Source: an uncultured Dehalococcoidales bacterium (GTDB lineage: Bacteria; Chloroflexota; Dehalococcoidia; GIF9; AB-539-J10). Taken from it: a DNA stretch of 60,027 nt. Both the position numbers and the translations under genes were made by a program. Numbering within the stretch: the stretch's first letter is position 1; each line of letters begins with the position of its first letter. Below are positions 42,111 through 50,459 of this stretch, piece after piece. The stretch spans positions 1-60,027 of the forward strand of contig CAZPDE010000001.1 of the NCBI GenBank assembly GCA_964585315.1, read 5' to 3'. The notes beneath the pieces were generated by a model. The model was not told the origin of the DNA. It saw nothing but the letters and a program-made list of their open reading frames with translations, and did not search any database.

Positions 42111-44852
42111 ATGGTAAATATCGACTCGCTGCGAAATGTTCTTGAATTGGAATGCAAGAAAGGTTATGCCGATAAAGCAGTTATCGGCGGGCTAGATAAA
42201 TATCTCCACAAGCAGGCGGAGCGAATCATGCAAAGCGTAGCCGACCCACAACTTTTAGCTGACTTTGATAAGCTTGGCTTGGCTAGCTATAACTACAGTT
42301 CCCATAGTATAGATGAGCGCCAGAGATGGATAACAAGCATCTTCACATGGTTAGATAAGTTAGAGAAGGAAAGGGCTCCTATTTGTCATCCTGAGGGAGC
42401 CCTTCGCTCCCCCTGTCATTCTGAGCGTGTGAGCCGAAGCCCTGAACAGAGTGAGTGGGAAGAATCTCGCTCAGGACAGGCTCCGCGACCGAAGAATCTT
42501 GCTCAGGGTGGACTCCGTGAAAAATCCATAGCCCCTTCGCTACCGCTCAGGGTGACAGCAGTAGCTAAGTCGCGTCCTGAAAAGAGAAGTGAAGGGTTAG
42601 ATTCACCAATAACTATAATCAAGGGCATAACGCCTAAGGTATCTGCTAAATTCGCCAAACTAAATGTGCGGACAGTGCATGACTTGCTTTATTTTTTCCC
42701 ACGACGCTATGTTGATTATAGCCAGAGGAAATTCATCGCTGAACTTAGGGAAGGTGAGGAGCAAACTATTGTAGCCGTAGTATGGCAAGCCAGAGTAGCC
42801 ATTTTGGGTGGCCGGCGGGGCACAGAGACAATTGTGGGTGATGAAACTGGAAACATCAGGGTGGTTTGGTTTAACCAACCTTACCTGGCCAAGAACCTCC
42901 CCACCAATGCCAAAGTGGTAATTAGCGGCACAGTAAGCTCATTTAAAGGACAGAATGTTTTCGAATCTCCGGAATGGGAATTGCTTGAAGACAAAGAATT
43001 AATTCACACTGGACGCTTGGTTCCCGTTTATCCTCTCACTCAAGGCTTATACCCCAGGCAAGTGAGGAAATGGACCAAGGAAGTTATTGACGGCTGCCTA
43101 TGGCAAGTGAGTGATTTCTTGCCCCAAAAAACAAAAGGCCACTGCCAACTACTGGACCTCCCTGAGGCAATCAAGCAAGCTCATTACCCTGATAGCCAAT
43201 TGGTAGTAGAGAAAGCAAAAGAGAGGTTAGCTTTTGATGAGTTATTCCTTCTCCAACTAGGTGTTCTAGGCAAAAAGCGAGATTGGCAAGAAAGTCAGCC
43301 GGGCAATGCCTTTAATGTAGACCAAGAGCTTATTGACAAATTTTTACATTGTTTGCCCTTTACCCTGACCCAGGCTCAAGAGCAAGTATTGGAGGAGATT
43401 TTATCTGACCTCTCTCGTCCAAAAGCTATGTCGCGCCTTCTTCAAGGCGAGGTAGGTAGCGGTAAAACCATAATCGCTACTTTGGCTCTACTGGTAGCTG
43501 TTGCCAATGGCTATCAGGGAGCGTTAATGGCGCCCACCGAGGTGCTAGCCGAACAGCATTTCAACAATTTTTGCGACTATCTGTCTAAAGTTAGTATCCA
43601 AACCTATCATTGTGAGGAACGAGATTCCTCGCCTGTCATTGTGAGGAACGAGATTCCTCGCTTGTCTTTGCGAGGAGCGGAGCGACGAAGCAATCTCATG
43701 AGAAGCTCGGAACAAGCTCCACAATCTCATGAGAAGCTCGGAACAAGCTCCACAATCTCACTCAAGCTAGGCAACATTGCATCCTATGCAGGATTTCTCC
43801 CACGACCGCTTACCATCGCCCTTCTCATCGGTAGCCTTAAGGAAAGCGAAAAGGGAGATTTACGCAGCAGAATTGCGCAAGGCGAAATTGATATTGTTAT
43901 TGGCACCCACGCACTCATTCAAAAGGATGTAGAATTTAACAAGCTAGGTCTGGCGGTGATAGACGAGCAACATCGCTTTGGTGTGTTGCAACGCCAGAAG
44001 CTACGGCAAAAAGGGTTCAACCCTCATGTGTTGGTTATGACAGCCACGCCTATTCCTCGAACCATGGCGCTGACACTTTATGGAGACCTCGACCTTTCAG
44101 TTATCGATGAATTGCCTCCAGGGCGGCAGGTGGTAAAAACAAAGTGTATTGAGCCACGATATAGAGGAAAGGCTTATGGCTTCCTCCACCGCCAGGTTAG
44201 CAATGGCGGACAAGCTTTCATTATTTGCCCCTTAATCCAAGAATCCGAATTACTTGAGGCAAAGGCTGCTATAACAGAGTATGAGCGTTTATCTAAAGAG
44301 GTTTTCCCAGATCTAAGGCTAGGATTGCTTCATGGTCAAATGCACGCTGATGACAAAGAGGAAGTAATGCGCCATTTTCGTGCTGGGGAGCTTGATATCC
44401 TGGTGTCGACATCAGTAGTGGAAGTCGGCATCGATGTCCCTAGAGCTACAGTCATGGTAATAGAAGGCGCTGAGCGTTTTGGGTTATCGCAGCTTCATCA
44501 ATTCAGAGGGAGAGTAGGTCGCGACAAGGAGCAAGGCTACTGTATACTTATTTCGGAGAAACTTTCGCCTGAGGTACGGAAGCGCCTAAAGCTGATGGAA
44601 AAAATTCATAACGGCTTCGCTCTAGCTGAGAAAGACTTAGAGCTAAGAGGTCCGGGGGAGTTTTTTGGCACTCAGCAAAGTGGTTTGCCCGACCTTAAAG
44701 TGGCTAAGCTATCCAACTTGCATCTTTTGGAGTTGGCTCGGCAAGAGGCAATAAGTGTTTTCCAAAGCGATCCTTATTTGAAAAAGACGGAACATCAACT
44801 TTTAGGTCAGCAACTGAGCCAAGTGTGGTCCAATGGAGTCGAATGGAGCTAA
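42111..44852 (+). CDS. recG: ATP-dependent DNA helicase RecG with two in-frame repeat inserts
   Basis: LPFTLTQAQEQVL, GEVGSGKT, VIDEQHRFGV, MTATPIPRT, QLHQFRGRVGR. It is 913 aa. Confidence 0.93.
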   Translation: MVNIDSLRNVLELECKKGYADKAVIGGLDKYLHKQAERIMQSVADPQLLADFDKLGLASYNYSSHSIDERQRWITSIFTWLDKLEKERAPICHPEGALRSPCHSERVSRSPEQSEWEESRSGQAPRPKNLAQGGLREKSIAPSLPLRVTAVAKSRPEKRSEGLDSPITIIKGITPKVSAKFAKLNVRTVHDLLYFFPRRYVDYSQRKFIAELREGEEQTIVAVVWQARVAILGGRRGTETIVGDETGNIRVVWFNQPYLAKNLPTNAKVVISGTVSSFKGQNVFESPEWELLEDKELIHTGRLVPVYPLTQGLYPRQVRKWTKEVIDGCLWQVSDFLPQKTKGHCQLLDLPEAIKQAHYPDSQLVVEKAKERLAFDELFLLQLGVLGKKRDWQESQPGNAFNVDQELIDKFLHCLPFTLTQAQEQVLEEILSDLSRPKAMSRLLQGEVGSGKTIIATLALLVAVANGYQGALMAPTEVLAEQHFNNFCDYLSKVSIQTYHCEERDSSPVIVRNEIPRLSLRGAERRSNLMRSSEQAPQSHEKLGTSSTISLKLGNIASYAGFLPRPLTIALLIGSLKESEKGDLRSRIAQGEIDIVIGTHALIQKDVEFNKLGLAVIDEQHRFGVLQRQKLRQKGFNPHVLVMTATPIPRTMALTLYGDLDLSVIDELPPGRQVVKTKCIEPRYRGKAYGFLHRQVSNGGQAFIICPLIQESELLEAKAAITEYERLSKEVFPDLRLGLLHGQMHADDKEEVMRHFRAGELDILVSTSVVEVGIDVPRATVMVIEGAERFGLSQLHQFRGRVGRDKEQGYCILISEKLSPEVRKRLKLMEKIHNGFALAEKDLELRGPGEFFGTQQSGLPDLKVAKLSNLHLLELARQEAISVFQSDPYLKKTEHQLLGQQLSQVWSNGVEWS
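42384..42556 (+). repeat. Family A copy A12, inside recG, in frame
   Basis: It encodes CHPEGALRSPCHSERVSRSPEQSEWEESRSGQAPRPKNLAQGGLREKS... Confidence 0.9.
43607..43760 (+). repeat. Family A copy A13 (A9-like subtype) with internal tandem duplications, inside recG, in frame
   Basis: cattgtgaggaacgagattcctcgc occurs twice, then tgtctttgcgaggagcggagcgacgaagcaatctc, then atgagaagctcggaacaagctccacaatctc twice. It encodes HCEERDSSPVIVRNEIPRLSLRGAERRSNLMRSSEQAPQSHEKLGTSSTIS. Confidence 0.9.
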
Positions 44853-45112
44853 GCAATGACTGAAATAAAAATGCAAAATGACAAAGCAAAATATGACAAA
44901 TCCTAAGCGCGAAATTCGAAATACTAAACAATATCGAAGCACTAATGACCAAAATCCAAAACTCAAAACAATCAGAGTTTTGGTATTTGAGTTTTGGATT
45001 TGTTTAGGATTTATAATTTAGATATTAGAAATTGAAAAAAAGGAGATATTTTTGAATTTTGATTTGTCATTTTGATGTTTTACCTTTGATTTTTAATATT
45101 TGTTAGGATTTA
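44853..45112. repeat. Family C AT-rich module block incl. a perfect 15-bp AT-rich hairpin (44953-45000), recG-argS intergenic
   Basis: aatccaaaactcaaa ... tttgagttttggatt. The part at 45040-45110 is the reverse complement of the block at 48895-48985. Confidence 0.8.
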
Positions 45113-46819
45113 TTGATTATGCTTAAGGAAAAGTTAGCTACCTGTCTGCGAGAGGCAGTGTTCGAAGCGCAACAACAAGGCGATCTTGTTGCTACAACAT
45201 TACCTGAAATAACCGTGGAACATCCCCAAAACCCGGAGCACGGAGACTTTGCCTCAAGTCTCCCCCTGAAGCTAGCTCGTGGCATGAGGATGTCTCCTAT
45301 GGCTATAGCTGAAAGAATATGCGAACATGTATCGCCTCCTTCCGAATTCGATAAGGTTACGATTGCCTCGCCGGGCTTTATCAACTTCACTTTGCGGAAT
45401 GACTGGCTATGCAGGCAAGTGGAATTAATTCTGCAGGTTGGCAAGTCTTATGGAGACAGCCAAATAGACAAGGGTAGTCGTGTTCAACTTGAATTCGTTA
45501 GTGTCAACCCCACCGGGCCTCTCCATGTAGGTCATGGCCGTGGCGCTGTTTTAGGTAGCACCCTGGCTAATGTGCTCGGCGCTGCTGGTTACTCAGTGGA
45601 AAAGGAATATTATATAAATGATATGGGCAATCAGATAGATAACTTTGGCCGCTCCCTCTATGCACGCTACCAACAGTGCATGGGCAAAAAAATTACCATG
45701 CCCACAGATAGCTACCTCGGTAATTACATGATTGATTTGGCGAAGGAAATTGTTCAGGAGCAAGGCGATAGATTTTCCCTCTCCCTCGAAGGGAGAGGAT
45801 TGGGTGAGGATGAATCGTCATTGCGAGCCAAAGGCGAAGCAATCGCAGCATTAGCTAAAATTGGGTTTGCCATGATAATGCAGGGAATTAAAGATGACCT
45901 TAAGTTACTAAATGTTGATTTTGATGTTTGGTTTAGTGAAAAAAGCCTTTATCAGGGTGAGCAATACCGTAAAGCTATGGCATTGCTACAAAGCGGAGGC
46001 TATGTAGCTAAAAAGGAGAACGCCACTTGGTTTGAATCGAGCGCCTTGGGTGGGGATAAAGATAATGTTCTGGTCCGTAGTGATGGCTCTCCTACTTATT
46101 TTGCCTCTGACATCGCCTATCACTACAACAAATTCTTGGAGCGAAAATTCGATACCGTGATTGATATTTGGGGGGCCGACCACCAGGGACATGTTCCTAG
46201 GATGAAAGCAGTGATGAGAGCTTTGGGGTTAGACCCGGAACAGCTCAAGGTGATAATCTGTCAGTTAGTTACCTTGCGGCGTGGGGAAGAAATGGTCAAG
46301 GTGTCCAAGCGCAGCGGTGATATTATTACCTTGCGGGAGCTAATAGATGAAGTAGGGCCAGATGTTTGCCGCTTCTTCTTCCTTTCTCACTCTGCTGATA
46401 GCCAGATGGACTTCGATATAGAGCTTGCTAAGAAGCAATCAGTAGATAATCCTGTGTATTATGTCCAGTATGCTCATGCTCGAATCGCCAGCATCCTTCG
46501 CTTAGCTCAGCAGCGGAAGATAGATTATAGTCAGGGCGATGTTTCCTTGCTCTCATCTGAGCCGGAGCTAACTTTAATTCGCCGTTTAATGTTCCTACCG
46601 GAAATAATAGAACAGGTAGCAATTACCCTCGAACCTCATCATCTCCCCTACTATGCTCAAGATTTAGCTACCGTTTTTCACAGTTTTTACAAGCAATGCA
46701 GGGTGGTTTCTGATGATGAGGCATTGACCAAAGCTCGACTCAAGCTAGTTAAGGCGACTCAGATTGTTTTGGCTAAGATTCTTCACCTCATGGACATGAC
46801 CACACCAGAAAGAATGTGA
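45113..46819 (+). CDS. argS: Arginine--tRNA ligase with a short in-frame repeat insert
   Basis: EFVSVNPTGPLHVGHGRGA (HIGH), GADHQGH, the KMSKS-like VKVSKRSG and a C-terminal DALR domain. Confidence 0.95.
   Translation: MIMLKEKLATCLREAVFEAQQQGDLVATTLPEITVEHPQNPEHGDFASSLPLKLARGMRMSPMAIAERICEHVSPPSEFDKVTIASPGFINFTLRNDWLCRQVELILQVGKSYGDSQIDKGSRVQLEFVSVNPTGPLHVGHGRGAVLGSTLANVLGAAGYSVEKEYYINDMGNQIDNFGRSLYARYQQCMGKKITMPTDSYLGNYMIDLAKEIVQEQGDRFSLSLEGRGLGEDESSLRAKGEAIAALAKIGFAMIMQGIKDDLKLLNVDFDVWFSEKSLYQGEQYRKAMALLQSGGYVAKKENATWFESSALGGDKDNVLVRSDGSPTYFASDIAYHYNKFLERKFDTVIDIWGADHQGHVPRMKAVMRALGLDPEQLKVIICQLVTLRRGEEMVKVSKRSGDIITLRELIDEVGPDVCRFFFLSHSADSQMDFDIELAKKQSVDNPVYYVQYAHARIASILRLAQQRKIDYSQGDVSLLSSEPELTLIRRLMFLPEIIEQVAITLEPHHLPYYAQDLATVFHSFYKQCRVVSDDEALTKARLKLVKATQIVLAKILHLMDMTTPERM
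45774..45846 (+). repeat. Composite of a family-B hairpin plus the family-A minimal unit (A14), inside argS, in frame
   Basis: ttttccctctccctcgaagggagaggattgggtgagg, then gtcattgcgagccaaaggcgaagcaatcgc. It encodes FSLSLEGRGLGEDESSLRAKGEAIA. Confidence 0.85.
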
Positions 46820-46833
46820 ACTATTCTTGCCTG

Positions 46834-47355
46834 CTAGCGCCCTTGCTCTTTATATTTCTCAGCTAGCTTGGGATAAACTTCTGGATTGTGCTGTGTCCAC
46901 CATAACTGTTCTGCTGAGGCCTCTCTTTTAATCTCTCCAGGCACGCCAGCAACGAATGACATGTCTGGGATTTTCATTCCTTGCTTTACCAAACAGCCAG
47001 CAGCAACTACACAAAAATCACCAATTTCAACATCATGGAGAATGGTAGCGTTCATGCCTATAAGAACGCTATTTCCAATCCTGTGGCAATTAAGAACAGC
47101 GCCGTGACCGATAACTACATTATCCCCAATCACAGTATCTCCCACTCCAGAGGGTGACCCTGAATGGATAACGCAGTTGTCTTCCACCGCGGTATTCTTG
47201 CCAATTTTTATCTTGCCGAAATCACCTCTGATTACAGCTCCAGGCCACACGCTGGAATTCTCACCAATTTCCACATCCCCAACAATATAAGCTGCCTCGC
47301 TGACAAAAGCCGACACCGCTATTTTGGGTGCCTTGCCATTTAAACTCCTAATCAT
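46834..47355 (-). CDS. Gamma-class carbonic anhydrase-like / hexapeptide-repeat protein
   Basis: 173 aa with left-handed beta-helix hexapeptide repeats (VWPGAVIRGD, IGKNTAVEDNCVIH, IGDNVVIGHGAVL). Confidence 0.85.
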   Translation of the reverse strand: MIRSLNGKAPKIAVSAFVSEAAYIVGDVEIGENSSVWPGAVIRGDFGKIKIGKNTAVEDNCVIHSGSPSGVGDTVIGDNVVIGHGAVLNCHRIGNSVLIGMNATILHDVEIGDFCVVAAGCLVKQGMKIPDMSFVAGVPGEIKREASAEQLWWTQHNPEVYPKLAEKYKEQGR

Positions 47356-47375
47356 TTTGCCTCCTGTTGATAACT

Positions 47376-47462
47376 AGATTACATCGCTTCGACTCACCAG
47401 GATAAACTCCGCGAAGAGTCTAAAAAAGATTCTTCGCCCGTAGGGCTCAGAATGACAAATGG
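47376..47462 (-). repeat. Family A copy A15, degenerate, between the gamma-CA-like gene and thiC
   Basis: ...cgcttcgactcaccaggataaactccgcgaagagtctaaaaaagattcttcgcccgtagggctcagaatgacaa. Confidence 0.7.
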
Positions 47463-47596
47463 ATTGCTAAACAATCTCCATCCCTCAATTTGCATCTGGG
47501 AGTAATTTTATGCTAAATTTATCTTCTAAAGCTTATATGAAATATTTCCGTAATGCAAATCGGAGTCATCTTTAGAATAAGAACGGTGTATAGGAA

Positions 47597-48880
47597 ATGA
47601 CTCAATTAGAGCTAGCTCGAAACGGCGTTGTCTCACCTCAAGTAAAGCATGTGGCTGAAAAGGAAGAGGTAGAGACTGATTTTATCCTACAAGGCTTGAG
47701 CACGGGTAAAATCATAATCCCAGCCAATGCCAATCATATAAATTTAAGCCCTTGCGGCATAGGCAAAGGACTAAAGACAAAGGTCAATGCTAATATAGGC
47801 ACATCATCTGACTTTTTTGATATAGACACAGAACTTAAAAAATTACAGGCTGCTATCGCCTCTGGCAGCGACACAGTCATGGATTTGAGCACCGGGGGTG
47901 ATATATCAGCTATCAGAAGAGCTATCATTGGCGCTAGCACAGTGCCTATAGGGACTGTGCCTATTTATCAAGCCGGCATCGAAGCCATTGAGAAGCATGG
48001 AGCCATCGTGAACATGGCTGAAGATGAGATTTTCGATGCAATCGAAGAACAAGCCGAAGACGGCGTTGATTTCATGACCGTTCATTGTGGGGTAACTCAG
48101 GCATCAGTGGCAAGACTTAGAAACCAAGGTAGAATAAGCGATATAGTCTCTCGAGGAGGTGCCTTTCTCACTGGCTGGATGCTACACAATGAGAGGGAAA
48201 ATCCCTTATACCAATATTATGACCGTTTGTTGGACTTAGCTCGTAAATATGATTTCGCCTTGAGTCTGGGTGATGGACTACGCCCAGGATGCCTCGCCGA
48301 TGCCACCGATAGGGCTCAAGTTGAAGAGCTAATCATCCTTGGCGAGTTGGTGAAGCGTGCCACAGAAGCTGGCGTTCAGGCTATGGTAGAAGGACCAGGA
48401 CATTTGCCGCTGGACCAAGTAGCTGCTAATGTTCAACTAGAAAAGAGCCTTTGCCACGGAGCGCCTTTCTATGTCCTGGGCCCCCTGGTGACCGATATAG
48501 GCGCTGGCTATGACCATATTACTGGCGCCATCGGGGGAGCCGTCGCTGCTGCTGCCGGCGTAGATTTCCTGTGCTATGTTACTCCCACAGAGCACCTCGC
48601 CCTTCCCGATGTAGAGGATGTAAAACAAGGAGTAATCGCCTCCCGCATAGCCGCTCATGCTGGTGATATTGTTAAGGGAGTAAAAGGTGCTTGGGAACAA
48701 GATGAAAAAATGGCCCGGGCTCGCAAGACCTTTGATTGGGAGACTCAAGCTAAATTGTCTTTAGACCCAGAGCGCTCACGACAAGTTCACAGCAAGATTC
48801 CCAGTTCTGGAAACACTTGCAGCATGTGTGGCAAATATTGTGCCATGGCGATAGTACAGAAATATTTAGCTCATCCTTAA
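47597..48880 (+). CDS. thiC: Phosphomethylpyrimidine synthase
   Basis: 427 aa with NANIGTS, DLSTGGD, TVHCGV, EGPGH and C-terminal CSMCGKYCA. Confidence 0.95.
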   Translation: MTQLELARNGVVSPQVKHVAEKEEVETDFILQGLSTGKIIIPANANHINLSPCGIGKGLKTKVNANIGTSSDFFDIDTELKKLQAAIASGSDTVMDLSTGGDISAIRRAIIGASTVPIGTVPIYQAGIEAIEKHGAIVNMAEDEIFDAIEEQAEDGVDFMTVHCGVTQASVARLRNQGRISDIVSRGGAFLTGWMLHNERENPLYQYYDRLLDLARKYDFALSLGDGLRPGCLADATDRAQVEELIILGELVKRATEAGVQAMVEGPGHLPLDQVAANVQLEKSLCHGAPFYVLGPLVTDIGAGYDHITGAIGGAVAAAAGVDFLCYVTPTEHLALPDVEDVKQGVIASRIAAHAGDIVKGVKGAWEQDEKMARARKTFDWETQAKLSLDPERSRQVHSKIPSSGNTCSMCGKYCAMAIVQKYLAHP

Positions 48881-48889
48881 ATGAGGAAT

Positions 48890-49075
48890 GTGAAATCCTA
48901 AACAAAAATCGATTTTACAGTTCAAGTAAAATCAAAAATCAAAAATGAAACATCAAAATGACAAATCAAAATTCAAAGTTTTAATTTTTGCTCTGTATTT
49001 TTGCATTTTGCATTTTTATCTTTTATTTAGCGTTGCTGTGTCATTTTGCATTTTTATTTTTGCTTTTTCCCATAG
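48890..49075. repeat. Family C AT-rich module block, thiC-speD intergenic
   Basis: aaatcctaaacaaaaatcgatttt...catcaaaatgacaaatcaaaattcaaag, then tgctctgtatttttgcattttgcatttttatcttttatttagcg...gtcattttgcatttttatttttgc. Confidence 0.8.
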
Positions 49076-49083
49076 GAGGTCTG

Positions 49084-49497
49084 ATGCACTTAATTATAGA
49101 TGGCTATTCTAGTAATCAAAAAATCCTCAAGGATGAGGATTATCTCCGTAATTGGCTGGAAAGCTACCCTTCCAGAATTGGCATGACCAGGATTTCAGCA
49201 CCCTATGTGCTTAGATATGTAGGACCAGACCCTTCGCTTGGCTTAGGAGAGGATTGGGGAATATCGGGTTTTGTTTTTATTGCTGAGAGCCATATTAGCA
49301 TCCATACCTTCGTTGAGCAGAATTATGTTAATATAGATGTTTTCTCTTGCAAGGATTTTGATGCCGAGAAGGCGATTAAGGACTTTCAAGACGGATTCCA
49401 ACTAATTAAATCACGAACCTGCCTAATTGATAGAGAATGGCCACAAGCAGAACTTGCAACTAGTAATGTGGTAAATTTTGTTTACCATGGGGAATGA
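49084..49497 (+). CDS. Pyruvoyl-dependent decarboxylase of the SpeD/AdoMetDC family (substrate uncertain)
   Basis: MHLIIDGYSS... with FIAESHISIHTF, the E-S self-cleavage motif. ATG at 49084 follows ggagg. The track start 48988 lies in an AT-rich repeat. Confidence 0.75.
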   Translation: MHLIIDGYSSNQKILKDEDYLRNWLESYPSRIGMTRISAPYVLRYVGPDPSLGLGEDWGISGFVFIAESHISIHTFVEQNYVNIDVFSCKDFDAEKAIKDFQDGFQLIKSRTCLIDREWPQAELATSNVVNFVYHGE

Positions 49498-50374
49498 AGA
49501 AGAGGCATTCTTGTCACGAGTGTTCGCTGGATTATCACCTCCTTTCTCGGATTTGGAAAAGGCTACGGCTGTAATCTTGCCTGTCCCCTACGAAGGCACT
49601 ACTGAGTGGCGAAGTGGGACTCGTGATGGCCCTCAAGCTATTATCGATGCCTCTCAATATTTGGAATTCTATGATATGGAACTAGACCGAGAAATATATA
49701 AAGTTGGTATTCATACACGACCTCAGGTAGAGCCAGTGCTGAGTAGTCCTGAAGATATGATAGAAAGGGTCTATAACATAAGCAAGGATTTAATACAAAA
49801 AGGGAAATTCGTGGTAATGCTAGGCGGAGAACATTCCCTCTCTCTGGGCATAGTTAGAGCCTTTAAAGAGGCATTCCCCCAGCTTTCCGTGTTACAACTG
49901 GATGCTCACGCTGACCTTCGAGATAAATATCTGGGCACCAAATATGGTCAGGCCTGTGTTATGCGCCGCATCTTCGAGCTTTGCCCCATTGTCCAGGCAG
50001 GAGTTCGCAGCCTTAGCTGGGAAGAAAAACAATTTTTAACCCAGAACAAGGTGCCCCCCTTCTATATGTCTGAATTGGTATCAACCGCAACTTCTACGAA
50101 GAAAATAGTGGACTCGCTTAGCCAGGATGTCTATGTCACTATAGATGCTGATGTTCTAGACCCCTCAATTATGCCAGCAGTAGGCACTCCTGAACCTGAT
50201 GGTATGCAATGGCAGCATCTCTTGGACATAATAAAATCGGTAGCCCTTCATAAGCATATAGTCGGTTTTGATTTAATGGAATTCTGCCCTCGAGAGGGTC
50301 CAGCGGCTTGCGCTTTTCTATTGGCTAAACTGGCTTACAAGTTCATTGGTTATGCTGTGCCACAAGTAGGATAG
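49478..50374 (+). CDS. speB: Agmatinase (ureohydrolase family)
   Basis: GGEHSLS, LDAHADL and IDADVLDP are the Mn-binding ureohydrolase motifs. It overlaps the speD-like gene. Confidence 0.88.
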   Translation: MFTMGNEEEAFLSRVFAGLSPPFSDLEKATAVILPVPYEGTTEWRSGTRDGPQAIIDASQYLEFYDMELDREIYKVGIHTRPQVEPVLSSPEDMIERVYNISKDLIQKGKFVVMLGGEHSLSLGIVRAFKEAFPQLSVLQLDAHADLRDKYLGTKYGQACVMRRIFELCPIVQAGVRSLSWEEKQFLTQNKVPPFYMSELVSTATSTKKIVDSLSQDVYVTIDADVLDPSIMPAVGTPEPDGMQWQHLLDIIKSVALHKHIVGFDLMEFCPREGPAACAFLLAKLAYKFIGYAVPQVG

Positions 50375-50387
50375 AGCTTAAGATTGA

Positions 50388-50452
50388 GATTCACCCCGTG
50401 AAATACTATTTCACGTGGTGAATCCTCTCCCATTGAGGGACAGGAATTTTAT
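50388..50452. repeat. Family B-related unit (B2) with an 18-bp hairpin directly after the speB stop
   Basis: gattcaccccgtgaaata-c-tatttcacgtggtgaatc (1 mismatch), then ctctcccattgagggacaggaatttta. Confidence 0.8.
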
Positions 50453-50459
50453 GCCGAAG

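Noticed and set aside
44853-45112. Looked for T-box leaders or attenuators upstream of argS and alaS.
   Set aside because: I could find no specifier-loop or T-box (aa.ggtggtaccgcg-like) sequence by eye. The argS leader is entirely family-C repeat, and the alaS leader is only about 90 nt.
47356-47596. Expected a TPP (THI-box) riboswitch in the 240-nt leader upstream of thiC.
   Set aside because: I could not find the conserved ctgaga ... acctgatctggataatgccagcg core on either strand. The region instead holds a degenerate family-A repeat. A covariance-model scan could still overturn this.
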